A DNA stretch of 64,000 nucleotides from an uncultured bacterium. GTDB taxonomy: Bacteria > Oederibacteriota > Oederibacteriia > Oederibacteriales > Oederibacteriaceae. Location of the stretch: assembly GCA_965112635.1 (NCBI GenBank), contig OZ218778.1:480001-544000 (forward strand). Direction: 5' to 3'. The translations under genes were made by a program, and so were the position numbers. Shown piece by piece: positions 17,575 through 27,933 of the stretch (within the stretch, counting starts at the first letter, position 1; every line of letters begins with the position of its first letter). Under the pieces are notes generated by a model. The model did not search any database, was not told the origin of the DNA, and saw only the letters and a program-made list of their open reading frames with translations.

Positions 17575-18300
17575 TCACCTCTTATTTGCCCCAGTTTTGG
17601 CCACCAGGTTATTGACCGAAACAAGGGACTCAAAAGTCCCCGCGTCCGACCACCAGCCATTGAGAACGCTCCAGGTCAGGGTTCCCTGCCGGATATAGCT
17701 GTTGTTCACATCCGTGATCTCCAGCTCTCCCCGGAGTGAGGGTTTTAAGGTCCTGGTGACCTCAAATACCGAGTGGTCGTACATATAAATCCCGGTCACG
17801 GCATAATCAGACTTTGGGTTTTTAGGTTTTTCTTCGATCCCTATTATTTTTTTCCCTTTAAAAACCGGCACTCCGAACCTCTGCGGGTCTTTTACTTTTT
17901 TGAGGAGGATCTTGGCTCCCTGAGCCTGCTGTTCGAACTCTTTGACCGCGCTGATAATGTTTTTCTCTATGATATTGTCTCCCAGAACCACGCAGACCTT
18001 GTCATCATCCACAAAAAACTCGGCCAGCTTCAGAGCCGCGGCAATACCACCCTCTCCCTCCTGATAGGTATAGTTCAAATGCCTCAGGCCGAACTCTTTG
18101 CCGTTGCCCAATAGCTTGAGGAATCCCTCGTTGTTGCCGCCGGTCACGACCATGATGTCGCGGATGCCCGCCTGGACCAAAGTTTGGATGGGATAATAGA
18201 TCATAGGTTTGTTGTAAACCGGCAGGAGATGCTTGTTGATGATGCGGGTCAGCGGAAAAAGCCTTGTCCCCAGCCCTCCAGCCAATATGACGCCCTTCAA
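17575..18300 (-). CDS. rfbA: Glucose-1-phosphate thymidylyltransferase (short form)
   Basis: ILAGGLGTRL, EKP, RGELEITD, WSDAGT; adjacent to rfbCBD. Confidence 0.88.
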   Translation of the reverse strand: MKGVILAGGLGTRLFPLTRIINKHLLPVYNKPMIYYPIQTLVQAGIRDIMVVTGGNNEGFLKLLGNGKEFGLRHLNYTYQEGEGGIAAALKLAEFFVDDDKVCVVLGDNIIEKNIISAVKEFEQQAQGAKILLKKVKDPQRFGVPVFKGKKIIGIEEKPKNPKSDYAVTGIYMYDHSVFEVTRTLKPSLRGELEITDVNNSYIRQGTLTWSVLNGWWSDAGTFESLVSVNNLVAKTGANKR

Positions 18301-18403
18301 TGGTTCCTCCTGAACTGCAAAAATGACGAGATTTGAATATGTTAGGTTATTTATCCTTAAGTTTCAACCAAAACGGTAGGGGTAAAAAATAGAGCTTTTT
18401 GCA

Positions 18404-19510
18404 TCATTGTTGTTCAGATTTATTTTTGTAATATTCCTTGGTCAACTTCCCTAACTGCCTTTGTTTCTTATTATTATTCTGCTGCCTGCCTATGGAATCT
18501 TTTTTTGCGTTAAATTCCATTTCCCGGTGCAGTTTCATATAGCTGTCGTAGCGCGCCTGTTTGAGACTACCCTTGGCCAAGGCGGCCAGGACAGCGCACC
18601 CAGGTTCCACCAGGTGCGAGCAATTGGAAAATTTGCATTTCCTCCCCAGGTCCTCAATATCAGTAAAGGTGGCGCTGGGTTCGCTTTCTTCCATCAGGCC
18701 CATTTCGCGCAGGCCGGGTGAATCAATGATCATGCCGCCTTCAGGAAGGAACAACAGAGTGCGGCTGGTCGTGGCATGCCGGCCCTGGTCGTCGTTCTCC
18801 CGGATGGCCAGAGTTTTACGCTCTGTCCCGCACAAAGCGTTGATCAGCGTGGTTTTGCCTGAGCCGGATGAACCGATCAAACAACCGGTGACTCCGGGCT
18901 GGAAATAACTCCGAACCACCGCTAGACCCTGCTCTTTCACGTTGCTGATCGTATGAACCTGGGCCCCGCTGGCAATGGCTCGTATTTTTTTGGTGATGGC
19001 CTCAATATCCGAGCTCAGGTCCGCTTTGCTCAATAGCACCACCGGCGTTGCCCCGCTGCCCCCTATGACAGCAAGGGCCCTTTCCAGGCGGGCGGGATTG
19101 AGGTCCTTATTCAGGCTCATGACGATAAATACATAATCCAGGTTGCTGGCCAAAACCTGTCGCCCGCTGGAAGTATTACGCGAATTGCGGGCCAAAGGCT
19201 GGCGGCGGGACAGTTCGGTGCGGCGCTCCAGGCGGCGGACAATGACTGTAGTGCCGTCTGCCGGCGGCCGGGCCAGAACCCAGTCTCCCACCACAGGCAA
19301 GTCCAGACCGCTTTTGATCTTATGCAGGATATTTCCGGTCACTGTTGCCGCAAACGGCCCTGAATCATCAATGAGCGTAAAAGAATATTTGTGCACCCCA
19401 GTGATGCGCGCAGCGATGCAGCTATTCCATTCTTCTTCGGTGACCTGTTTTTCAAAAAACGGTCCCCAGCCCAGGGCCGACAAACTAGCTTTTGTTTGCA
19501 TGACTCCCAT
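18404..19510 (-). CDS. rsgA: Ribosome small subunit-dependent GTPase
   Basis: SKADL, GSSGSGKTT, GRHATT, DSPG, CKFSNCSHLVEPGC. Confidence 0.92.
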   Translation of the reverse strand: MGVMQTKASLSALGWGPFFEKQVTEEEWNSCIAARITGVHKYSFTLIDDSGPFAATVTGNILHKIKSGLDLPVVGDWVLARPPADGTTVIVRRLERRTELSRRQPLARNSRNTSSGRQVLASNLDYVFIVMSLNKDLNPARLERALAVIGGSGATPVVLLSKADLSSDIEAITKKIRAIASGAQVHTISNVKEQGLAVVRSYFQPGVTGCLIGSSGSGKTTLINALCGTERKTLAIRENDDQGRHATTSRTLLFLPEGGMIIDSPGLREMGLMEESEPSATFTDIEDLGRKCKFSNCSHLVEPGCAVLAALAKGSLKQARYDSYMKLHREMEFNAKKDSIGRQQNNNKKQRQLGKLTKEYYKNKSEQQ

Positions 19511-19555
19511 CCTGCTTTCTACACAAAAACCCCGCGGCTCTGCTGCGGGGGATGT

Positions 19556-20029
19556 TTATCGGATTATCTTTGGATTTAAATTACCCCGTTTCAGCCGTTC
19601 ATTCAATTCCCAAAGCGCTGTCTTGTCACTGTCCCACTTCAATAACGCCACGGCTTCCTTGTAGCGCACCCACCTATACTCGGTATGTTCTCCCGAAAGC
19701 TTTATCTCAAGCTCCTCCATTTTAGCAGCGTAATAGTAACAAGGTATTATACACAGCTCTTTAGGCCAATCTTTTTTGGCCTCAAGAGAGATATGCGAGG
19801 TTGCGATGGAAGCAGTGGTATCCAATTTAATATAGGATGCGGTTAAAAGTATGCCGCCCTCTTCTAAAGCCTCTCTGCGAGCAGCTTGTTCGGGAGTTTC
19901 CTTATCTTCTCCCCCGCCCGCAATAAATTGCCAATAACCCTCGTCGCTCCGCTGGAATACAGCAAATAGAGTGTTTGACTCGGTGTCTTTAAAAGGTATG
20001 ACACAAACTTGATACATTGCTCTTGGCAA
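19556..20029 (-). CDS. NUDIX hydrolase
   Basis: GGGEDKETPEQAARREALEEGG Nudix box; EH-x-EY-x-W. Confidence 0.9.
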   Translation of the reverse strand: MPRAMYQVCVIPFKDTESNTLFAVFQRSDEGYWQFIAGGGEDKETPEQAARREALEEGGILLTASYIKLDTTASIATSHISLEAKKDWPKELCIIPCYYYAAKMEELEIKLSGEHTEYRWVRYKEAVALLKWDSDKTALWELNERLKRGNLNPKIIR

Positions 20030-20039
20030 CCCTAGCTCC

Positions 20040-21680
20040 TTAGTGAGATCCTTTCAATTTCCTATATCTCCTGATCAGGGCATTGGTGGAAGAGTCATGC
20101 TTGAGAGGCGGCTCGGTTTTGCTTTCCAGCTCCGGCACAATGCGTTCAGCTAAAACCTTGCCCAGTTGGACTCCCCACTGGTCAAACGAGTTTACCTGCC
20201 AGATGATGCCCTGAGTAAACACGCAGTGTTCATAGAGCGCCACGAGTTTTCCCAGCGCTTCCGGGGTCAGCTTTTCCAAAAGGAGCGTGCTGGAGGGCCG
20301 GTTACCGGGAAAGGTTTTGTGGCTGACCAGCTCGGGAGGTGTTTCTTCCGCTTTCACTTCCTCCGCGGTCTTGCCAAAGGCTAAAGCCTCGGCCTGGGCA
20401 AAAACATTGGCCATCAAAAGGTCATGGTGCCGTCCCAAAGGCTGGAGCGGCTGGGCAAAGGCGATAAAGTCGCAGGGAATGAGCTTGGTGCCCTGGTGGA
20501 TCATCTGGTAAAAAGAATGCTGTCCGTTGGTGCCTGGCTCGCCCCAGTAAACCTGCCCGGTCTGGTAATCGATCTTGGTCCCGTCCAAAGTCACACCCTT
20601 GCCGTTGCTCTCCATAGTCAACTGTTGGAGATACGCCGGAAAGCGCTTCAAATACTGCTCATAAGGCAGGACAGCCATAGTTTCTACTTTAAAAAAGTTG
20701 TTATACCAGATACCCAGCAGGGCCATCAGCACCGGCAGATTGTGCTCCAAAGGGGCTGTGCGGAAATGTTCATCCATCTGGTGAAAACCATCCAGCATAG
20801 CGCGGAAATGCTCCGGGCCCAGGGCGATCATGGAGGACAGCCCAATGGCCGAATCCATAGAGTAACGGCCGCCCACCCAGTCCCAAAACCCGAACATATT
20901 AGCCGTATCAATCCCAAATTTAGCCACTTCCCCGGCATTGGTGGACACAGCCACAAAATGTTTAGCCACTGCTTTGGGGTCTTTCAAAATCTGGAGCACC
21001 CACTCGCGAGCCGTATGCGCGTTGGTCATGGTTTCTAATGTTGTGAAAGTCTTGGAGGAAATGATGAACAGGGTTTCTTCGGCATTTAAATCCTGAGTAG
21101 CTTCGGCAAAGTCCGTACCGTCAATATTGGAAACAAAGCGGAAGCACAGGTTGCGCTGGCTATAGCTTTTCAAGGCCTCATAGGCCATGACCGGTCCCAA
21201 ATCAGACCCGCCGATACCTACATTGACGATATTGCGGATGGGCTTGCCTGTAAAACCTTTCCACTGTCCCTGGCGGACCTGGTTGGAAAATCCTTCCATC
21301 TTTTTAAGGACCACATGGACTTGAGGCACCACATCTTCCCCATCCACAATGATGCTCTTGCCTTGGGGAGCACGCAGGGCCGTATGCAGGACCGCCCGTT
21401 TTTCCGTGACATTGATCTTGTCTCCCCGGAACATGGCCTCCCTGCGCTCCTTGAGGCCGGACTCCTCTGCCAGCCGGACAAGCAGCTTGATGGTCTCCTC
21501 GGTCACGCGGTGCTTGGAGTAGTCGAAATAAATCCCCAGGTCCTCCACCGCCATCTTTTCTCCGCGTTTCGGGTCATCCCTAAACATCTGCCGCAAATGC
21601 AGGTCTTTAATCTTGTGGTAATGTTCCCCCAGCGCCTTCCACGCCGGGAGTTGGGTAAGAGGTGTCGTTGCAGGTGTCAA
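20040..21680 (-). CDS. pgi: Glucose-6-phosphate isomerase
   Basis: [28 protein letters not shown]. Confidence 0.97.
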   Translation of the reverse strand: MTPATTPLTQLPAWKALGEHYHKIKDLHLRQMFRDDPKRGEKMAVEDLGIYFDYSKHRVTEETIKLLVRLAEESGLKERREAMFRGDKINVTEKRAVLHTALRAPQGKSIIVDGEDVVPQVHVVLKKMEGFSNQVRQGQWKGFTGKPIRNIVNVGIGGSDLGPVMAYEALKSYSQRNLCFRFVSNIDGTDFAEATQDLNAEETLFIISSKTFTTLETMTNAHTAREWVLQILKDPKAVAKHFVAVSTNAGEVAKFGIDTANMFGFWDWVGGRYSMDSAIGLSSMIALGPEHFRAMLDGFHQMDEHFRTAPLEHNLPVLMALLGIWYNNFFKVETMAVLPYEQYLKRFPAYLQQLTMESNGKGVTLDGTKIDYQTGQVYWGEPGTNGQHSFYQMIHQGTKLIPCDFIAFAQPLQPLGRHHDLLMANVFAQAEALAFGKTAEEVKAEETPPELVSHKTFPGNRPSSTLLLEKLTPEALGKLVALYEHCVFTQGIIWQVNSFDQWGVQLGKVLAERIVPELESKTEPPLKHDSSTNALIRRYRKLKGSH

Positions 21681-21707
21681 ATGATTCTCCTTATAAAATT
21701 ATTACTT

Positions 21708-22058
21708 CTACAATTCCAAATGTGTCTTTAAAGACTCTAAAATACTCTCCCTTGTTTCAGAAGAAACAATATCCCCGATCTTTTTTATTAACCGTTGTTT
21801 GGAAATGGTCCTGACCTGATGGGCCAGGACCAGGGAATCCTGGGTCAGGCCGCCCATAGGTGCTCTTAACAGAACTTCGCTGGAATAAATTTTGCGTCCC
21901 GGTTTAAGGGAAGTTATAGGCAGGATCGTGACCACAGGCATGAGTTCGTTAAAAGACTCTCCGCTGATGACCAGGACCGGCCTCACTCCTTTTTGTTCAG
22001 AACCGAGCGTGGGGTCCAGTCCAGCCAGAAATATCCCAAATCTATATTCCGACGTCAT
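21708..22058 (-). CDS. PemK/MazF-family toxin
   Basis: LDPTLGSEQKGVRPVLVIS, PITS, QVRTISKQRL. Confidence 0.92.
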   Translation of the reverse strand: MTSEYRFGIFLAGLDPTLGSEQKGVRPVLVISGESFNELMPVVTILPITSLKPGRKIYSSEVLLRAPMGGLTQDSLVLAHQVRTISKQRLIKKIGDIVSSETRESILESLKTHLEL

Positions 22059-22345
22059 TATTGCTGTTCCCTGTCGGAATTCTGGAACGCTTCCATGGTT
22101 TCCTTGACATCGCTCAAGAATAGCGGGTCAGTGGAAGCAATTTTATATTCTTCCCGGAGCTTCTTTTTAGCCTGTTCTTTTATATAAAGTTCCAGAGCCT
22201 CCCTTATGACACTGGTCAGGGTTTTTTTACCGCTGGCTTTGCTAGCTTGCTTGGCGGTTTCCAGCAGGTCATGAGGCAAATTAAGGGTTATTTTTTCTCT
22301 ATTATAATCCGGCGCATATACTACTTTCCCTACAGTTTTATTCAT
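22058..22345 (-). CDS. Ribbon-helix-helix antitoxin
   Basis: KITLNLP...SVIREALELY; coupled to the toxin via TAATG. Confidence 0.75.
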   Translation of the reverse strand: MNKTVGKVVYAPDYNREKITLNLPHDLLETAKQASKASGKKTLTSVIREALELYIKEQAKKKLREEYKIASTDPLFLSDVKETMEAFQNSDREQQ

Positions 22346-22441
22346 ATTCCCTCCTTACATAAAAAATACCATATTCTATACCATATTTCAATATGGTTAA
22401 TAATATGGCAATATTAGTGAATTTTTTCATAGGTTAAAACC

Positions 22442-22472
22442 AGATTGCTTCGCCTTCCAGGCTCGCAATGAC
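22442..22472. repeat. REP/RPE-like half element
   Basis: AGATTGCTTCG...CTCGCAATGAC. Confidence 0.45.
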
Positions 22473-22479
22473 CTGACAG

Positions 22480-23595
22480 TTACAAAATCGTTTTATAGAT
22501 TTTATATATCTTTTCCGCCAGTTTTTGGTCAGTATAAAGGCTAAGCACCCTTTTTTTACCCAGCCAGCCCAGCTTTTTCCTGAGACTAGCGGAGCCAGCC
22601 AAGCTGTTGAGGCATTTGGTCAGAGCCGTCACATTTCCCTCCGGAAAGACCAGTCCTGCTTTACCAATGACCTCCGGGATAGCCCCGGATGAGGAGCCAA
22701 TGACAGGAACTTCGCAGGACATGGCTTCGATAAGCACCCGGCCAAACTGCTCTTTCCATCCGGCTGTGGTCCTGGACGGCAGTACAAGAATATCCAGGCA
22801 GTTGATAAAATCAGGGACTTGCTCGTTATAGACCGGGTCCACCAGGAACAGCCTGTTCTGCATACCCAGCCTGGCTGTTTCCCGGACTATCTCTTCTTTG
22901 AGCGGCCCTTCGCCCACCAGCATAAGGTTGGCTTTGACTTTCATTTTAGCCGCGGCCCTGACCAGGTCCAGCACTCCCTTAGCCTTTACCAGCCTGCCGA
23001 TATAGCCTATGGTCAGGCCGGACAAACCCATGTCTTTTTTCAGACCAGCAACATTCTTTTTCCTGAACAGGCCCGGGTCCACCCCGTACTGGGGAAAAAT
23101 AGATATTTTGTCCTTGGCCAACCCATCCGCCTGTAACATCCGGGCCGCTTGCCCGTTGCCGCAGATGGCGTGGTCAGTATGCGCCAGGACGAATTTCCTG
23201 GCCTGGCTCTGGGGCCACCGGAATTTTTGCTGCAGATTTTCCCAGGTGAAAAATACTATCTTGCTGTGTCTCCGTCGGGCGTGCCAGGCAGCCTGCCAGG
23301 CCGACATGCTAAAGGGTTCTTCCTCGATATGGACGATGTCCGGTTTGGCTTTTCTGAAGTAAGACCAAAAATAGGGATGAAAATACCAGCCCGTCTTGCC
23401 TTCTCCCACAATGGGAGCGGAAATGATCTTAAAATACTTGCTGCGCATGCCCAGAGCGCAGATCCTCTTGCCCACCAGCGGCCAGAAATACGGGACCAGC
23501 AGGGTGATAGACACACCCGGTTTTTTGGCCAGCCATTTGAGTTTTTCCTGGAAAGCCGGCACTCCGGCGCTGTGGGATACCACCAATATCTTCAA
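22480..23595 (-). CDS. Glycosyltransferase family 4
   Basis: EQFGRVLIEAM (Ex7E); TTG start at 23595 overlaps the upstream stop. Confidence 0.9.
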   Translation of the reverse strand: MKILVVSHSAGVPAFQEKLKWLAKKPGVSITLLVPYFWPLVGKRICALGMRSKYFKIISAPIVGEGKTGWYFHPYFWSYFRKAKPDIVHIEEEPFSMSAWQAAWHARRRHSKIVFFTWENLQQKFRWPQSQARKFVLAHTDHAICGNGQAARMLQADGLAKDKISIFPQYGVDPGLFRKKNVAGLKKDMGLSGLTIGYIGRLVKAKGVLDLVRAAAKMKVKANLMLVGEGPLKEEIVRETARLGMQNRLFLVDPVYNEQVPDFINCLDILVLPSRTTAGWKEQFGRVLIEAMSCEVPVIGSSSGAIPEVIGKAGLVFPEGNVTALTKCLNSLAGSASLRKKLGWLGKKRVLSLYTDQKLAEKIYKIYKTIL

Positions 23596-24509
23596 GATAT
23601 AGTTCCTTGTTTGAGTTTGGCCACGCAAAAAAGCCCGGACCCCTGCCCAAGCCGGAATAGGCGCAGGATATAGGCAATCAGCATGAGGGGCACGCTGACC
23701 GTACCCAAAATGATATTTTTTACATGGACCATGGTCCTGGCCCGCTGGACTGTGTTTTGGTTATGCTGTTCCAAGCCTTTGCCCGCCACCTTGGCCGCGA
23801 GGCCGAACCTGACCTTGTCCCTAAGATACGTGTTGACCTCGTGCCAGTCCAACGGGTGCACCACCATCCGGACCACCTCAAATCCCTGGTTCTCCAAAAA
23901 ACCCCTCAGGCTTCCGCTGTTCCAGCGGGTCAGGTGATGGGGCGGGTAATCCCGCTCCCCCACGGTGTCCAGCATCCTGCCGCGGTTGGGCACGCTGACG
24001 CAGATGAGGCCGTTCGGTTGAAGGAGCTTTTTGATGCGCTGGATAAAAGAGGCGGGGTCGTCCATATGTTCCAAGATCTCAAAAGCCGTCACGATGTTGA
24101 ATTTCTTCTTGGCGGTGCGGCTAAACTGTTCAATGCTCTGGCTGGAAATGTTCGTGAGGTTATAGCGCTCTTTGGCCAGCTTGATATTTTCTTTGCTGAA
24201 ATCCAGGCCCCAGGAAAGGTAATCATGCTTCTGAGCCTCGTTTAAAAACCCGCCTTCCCCGCAACCCACATCCAGCAAAGTCCTGCCTGGAACTTTTGAC
24301 CTGAAAAACTGCTTATGATGCCACGAGAGCCCCTGAAAAAGATATTTGCCCACCTTGTACAGGCTGTCTTCGTCATACCACCTGCCACCAGGATTTTTCA
24401 TGGGATCGGAAAAGACCACCCGGCAGGCCAGGCATTCCCTGATGGTGTAGGGACCCCGTTTTTCTATCTCTTTAAAAGCGCTCTGTTTCCGGCATACGGG
24501 ACATTGCAT
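23592..24509 (-). CDS. Class I SAM-dependent methyltransferase
   Basis: CPVC...CLAC, LLDVGCGEG, EILEH, SVPN. Confidence 0.88.
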   Translation of the reverse strand: MQCPVCRKQSAFKEIEKRGPYTIRECLACRVVFSDPMKNPGGRWYDEDSLYKVGKYLFQGLSWHHKQFFRSKVPGRTLLDVGCGEGGFLNEAQKHDYLSWGLDFSKENIKLAKERYNLTNISSQSIEQFSRTAKKKFNIVTAFEILEHMDDPASFIQRIKKLLQPNGLICVSVPNRGRMLDTVGERDYPPHHLTRWNSGSLRGFLENQGFEVVRMVVHPLDWHEVNTYLRDKVRFGLAAKVAGKGLEQHNQNTVQRARTMVHVKNIILGTVSVPLMLIAYILRLFRLGQGSGLFCVAKLKQGTIS

Positions 24510-24542
24510 GGTCTGTTCCTCAGGAAAGAAAATTGGAGCAAG

Positions 24543-25445
24543 CTAAAACCGCACCACCATAGAAATCTGGTTGGTGTCGCCCAGGTCGTTCTGGTTATAA
24601 AGGTATGCGTAATCCAGCTCAAAGATGATGGAAAAAACAAAGGAAGCGCCGGCTGTCCAGGTCTGATCGTCCCATCCGCCGCGGAGCACAAAACCGTCCA
24701 TGGCCTTGTATTCCGCGCCCGCGTGGAATTTAAGGTCGTTGACCGTATCCTCTTTATCCGCGTCAAACGCTACAAGCACGGCCTGGTCCCACAACTGGTA
24801 AGAAGCGCCCAGCTTCACGTTCAAAAGCACCGGGTCGTTCCTTCCCGTGGACCATCTGAGGTTCCCGCCGATATTCTGGACATTGAGCCCGAAATAAAGG
24901 TCTTCAGTCAAAAAAGGCTGGTACAGCAGGGCTGCGTCAAAGGCGCAGCCCCAGGCGCTGGCCGAAGCCAGGGACTGTTGGAGCAGTTTGGCGTTGCCCC
25001 CCCAGCGCAGGGAGTAGTCCAGGGAATTGGCGTAGGAAAAAATAAAGGCGTTTTCCTGGTCAGCCAGGGTGCCGTTGACATTGCCGCTGCTGTCCACGCT
25101 CTCTATATTGGACATCCCGGAATTGATCCAGTTGATGCCAAAGGAACCGAGATCGTCGGTTTGCTGGCCGTACCCCAGGTAGTTCAGGGTCCGGTCAAAG
25201 GTTTGGAAGGTGTACATCATGGCCAGGGAATATGGTAAAAGACCCAGATTGGTCAGGCCCGCGGGGTTCCAGTAGCCTGCTGTGGCGTCCGAAGCCACCG
25301 CCACAAAAGCGTTGCCCATGCCGCTGGCCCTGGCGCCGACGCCGTCATAGAGGTAGGCTGCCGCTCCGGTGCTCACATCTCCCCAAGCTGTTCCGGCTCC
25401 GGCCAACAGCGCAAGGACAGCCCACAAAATTCTCTTACATTTCAC
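24543..25445 (-). CDS. PorV/PorQ-like outer-membrane beta-barrel protein
   Basis: GVGARASGMGNAFVAVASDATAGYWNPAGL, signal peptide, terminal Phe; probable GTG start at 25445. Confidence 0.8.
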   Translation of the reverse strand: MKCKRILWAVLALLAGAGTAWGDVSTGAAAYLYDGVGARASGMGNAFVAVASDATAGYWNPAGLTNLGLLPYSLAMMYTFQTFDRTLNYLGYGQQTDDLGSFGINWINSGMSNIESVDSSGNVNGTLADQENAFIFSYANSLDYSLRWGGNAKLLQQSLASASAWGCAFDAALLYQPFLTEDLYFGLNVQNIGGNLRWSTGRNDPVLLNVKLGASYQLWDQAVLVAFDADKEDTVNDLKFHAGAEYKAMDGFVLRGGWDDQTWTAGASFVFSIIFELDYAYLYNQNDLGDTNQISMVVRF

Positions 25446-25465
25446 GTCTTGTTCCGTCCATTTCC

Positions 25466-26440
25466 TTAAAGGATGAAGTCGTGAGCGCTGACCCGCTCTC
25501 TCCAGTAGTTCAGGAGGTCTTCCAAAGTCTTTTCGAACTTGATCTCGGGTTTCCATCCTGTCCGCTGGCAGAACTTGGTGTTATCGCCCTGCAGGATGAA
25601 AACGTCAGAGGGCCGCATGCGTGCCGGATCCTGGGCCACGCTGATCTTTTTATCGGTCATCTTGAGCAGCATGTTCAAAACTTCTTGGATGGCCATAGAC
25701 TTTCCGGTACAGATATTGTAAACCTCGCCAGGCTCCCCTTTTTCCAGGGCCAGGCTGTAGGCCCTGGCCATGTCCCGCACATCCGTAAAATCCCGCTTGG
25801 TCGTCAGATTGCCCACGCGGAGGACCGGCTCCTGCAGCCCCTTTTCAATAGCGGCGATCTGGGCCGCGAAATTGGAGGTGGCGAACACCAGGCCGCGTCG
25901 CGGTCCGGTGTGGTTAAAGGCGCGGGTGCGGACAATGGACATCTGGTAGGTCTTGAAATACTGGTAACCCATCATGTCCTGGGCTATCTTGCTCACGGCG
26001 TAGGGGCTCAGGGGCCTCAAGGGATTGGTCTCTTTGATGGGTAATTCGCTCTCCAGCGCCATCCCATACTCTTCGCTGGAGCCGGTCAGAAGGACCCTGG
26101 GCTTTAAACCCAGTTCTCGGACAGCCTCGAGCAGGTTGGCCTGCCCCAGGATGTTATTGTTCAGGGTTTCCATGGGCAAACGCCAGGAGGTCGGCACAAA
26201 GCTCTGCGCAGCCAGATGGTAGATCTGTTCCGGCCGTATGTCCTCCAGCATTTTCCTGACCCCGACAGGGTCCTTGAGGTCGCATTCGTAAAGCTTGATC
26301 CGGCCAAGGATGGACTTGATATTTTCCAAAGGGCTGCGCCAGCGCCGCAGACCGATAACCTCTACGCCCGGTTTGGTCAGTAAATGCTCGGCTAAATGGC
26401 TGCCCACAAAACCGGTGATCCCTGTGATCAAAACCTTCAT
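25466..26440 (-). CDS. GDP-mannose dehydratase / GDP-4-keto-6-deoxymannose reductase (Rmd-like SDR)
   Basis: ITGITGFVG, GSSEEYG, PYAVSK, RAFNHTGP. Confidence 0.8.
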   Translation of the reverse strand: MKVLITGITGFVGSHLAEHLLTKPGVEVIGLRRWRSPLENIKSILGRIKLYECDLKDPVGVRKMLEDIRPEQIYHLAAQSFVPTSWRLPMETLNNNILGQANLLEAVRELGLKPRVLLTGSSEEYGMALESELPIKETNPLRPLSPYAVSKIAQDMMGYQYFKTYQMSIVRTRAFNHTGPRRGLVFATSNFAAQIAAIEKGLQEPVLRVGNLTTKRDFTDVRDMARAYSLALEKGEPGEVYNICTGKSMAIQEVLNMLLKMTDKKISVAQDPARMRPSDVFILQGDNTKFCQRTGWKPEIKFEKTLEDLLNYWRERVSAHDFIL

Positions 26441-26494
26441 CAGACTATTCCCTCCGCGTTGCGATAGTTGGCCCAGGCTCCCTGGACGCTCCCG

Positions 26495-27784
26495 TCAACG
26501 GCCTATGCCCTGATAAAGAAAACCCAAGCCTTTCATTTTTGACGGATCATAAATATTCCTTCCGTCCAGGATCACGGGAGCCTTTAACAGTTTTTTGATC
26601 TTTAAAAGATCCAGGTCTTTGAACTCGTTCCATTCGGTTAAAATGACCAGAGCGTCGCTTTTGTAAGCGGCCTCATAGGAATCTCTGCAGTAGACAATTC
26701 TTTTGAAAACTTTCTTAGCCTTGGGCATGGCCACGGGGTCGTAGGCCCTGATCTTGGCCCCTTTTTTCAGAAGAGCCGGGATGACGGTCAGGGAAACCGC
26801 CTCGCGCAGGTCGTCGGTATTGGGCTTGAAAGACAGGCCCAAGATCCCGAGCTGTTTCCCTTTTAGCGTTTTTAAGGTTTTTTCCAGCTTTTGCACGACC
26901 CTCAGCTTTTGGTCCTTGTTCACCCCGACCACGGCGTTTAAAATTTTGAAATCATAATGGTTCTTTTTGGCGATCTGGCTCAAGGCCGATACGTCTTTGG
27001 GAAAGCAGGAACCGCCGTACCCGGCCCCCGCCTGCAGGAAAGCTGGCCCGATCCTTTTATCCAGCCCCATCCCCTGGCTCACCTGGCTGACATCCGCCCC
27101 GACCTTTTCGCAGAGGTTCGCGATCTCGTTGATGAAGGAGATCTTGGTGGCCAAAAAAGCGTTGGAGGCGTATTTGATCATCTCCGCGCTCCTAGGATCC
27201 GTGATAAGGACCTCCGCGCTCAGGGACCTGTAGAGGTCCGCGATCTTCTGCCCGATCTGCGGGTCATGGGCTCCGATCAAGATGCGGTCGGGGTTCATGA
27301 AATCATGGATGGCGGTCCCTTCCCTCAAAAACTCCGGGCTGGAAACCACGTCAAACCCGCAGGAAACTTTTTTACGGGCCCGGATAATATCGGCCACCAG
27401 GTCGGCCATTCCCACCGGGACCGTGCTTTTGTTGATGATGATCTTGTAGTCGTCCATATGCCTGGCTATTTCTCCCGAAGCCTCTTTGACATAAGTGACG
27501 TCCACGTCGCCGCTGGCTGTGGAAGGGGTTTGGACGGCAATGAAAATGAACTGGGAATTTTGGACCAGGACTTTCATGTTGTCCGTGAAGGAAAGCCTGT
27601 GTTTCTTCATGTTTTCCAGGACCAGCTCCTTAAGCCCCGGCTCGTAGATGGGCATAAGACCTTTGGTGAGCCCGTGGATCTTTTGTTTGTCTTTATCCAT
27701 GCAGAGGACGGTGTGTCCCAGGTCCGCGAAACAGGTCCCCGTAACAAGGCCGACGTAACCGGTCCCAACCACGCCAATTTTCAT
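26495..27784 (-). CDS. ugd: UDP-glucose 6-dehydrogenase
   Basis: GTGYVGL, PEFLREG, GYGGSCFPKD, FKPNTDDLRE. Confidence 0.93.
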   Translation of the reverse strand: MKIGVVGTGYVGLVTGTCFADLGHTVLCMDKDKQKIHGLTKGLMPIYEPGLKELVLENMKKHRLSFTDNMKVLVQNSQFIFIAVQTPSTASGDVDVTYVKEASGEIARHMDDYKIIINKSTVPVGMADLVADIIRARKKVSCGFDVVSSPEFLREGTAIHDFMNPDRILIGAHDPQIGQKIADLYRSLSAEVLITDPRSAEMIKYASNAFLATKISFINEIANLCEKVGADVSQVSQGMGLDKRIGPAFLQAGAGYGGSCFPKDVSALSQIAKKNHYDFKILNAVVGVNKDQKLRVVQKLEKTLKTLKGKQLGILGLSFKPNTDDLREAVSLTVIPALLKKGAKIRAYDPVAMPKAKKVFKRIVYCRDSYEAAYKSDALVILTEWNEFKDLDLLKIKKLLKAPVILDGRNIYDPSKMKGLGFLYQGIGR

Positions 27785-27933
27785 GCGGCTCCTTCCCAGT
27801 TTGGATCATGCCAAAACAAGGCGGTCAAATTACATAATAGGGCAACAATTCAAGAACGATATTAACACACTTCAAAACTCCTCACAATTACGGCTCCCTG
27901 GCGTATCGGACACGGCTTATCCCAAAAAAACGG

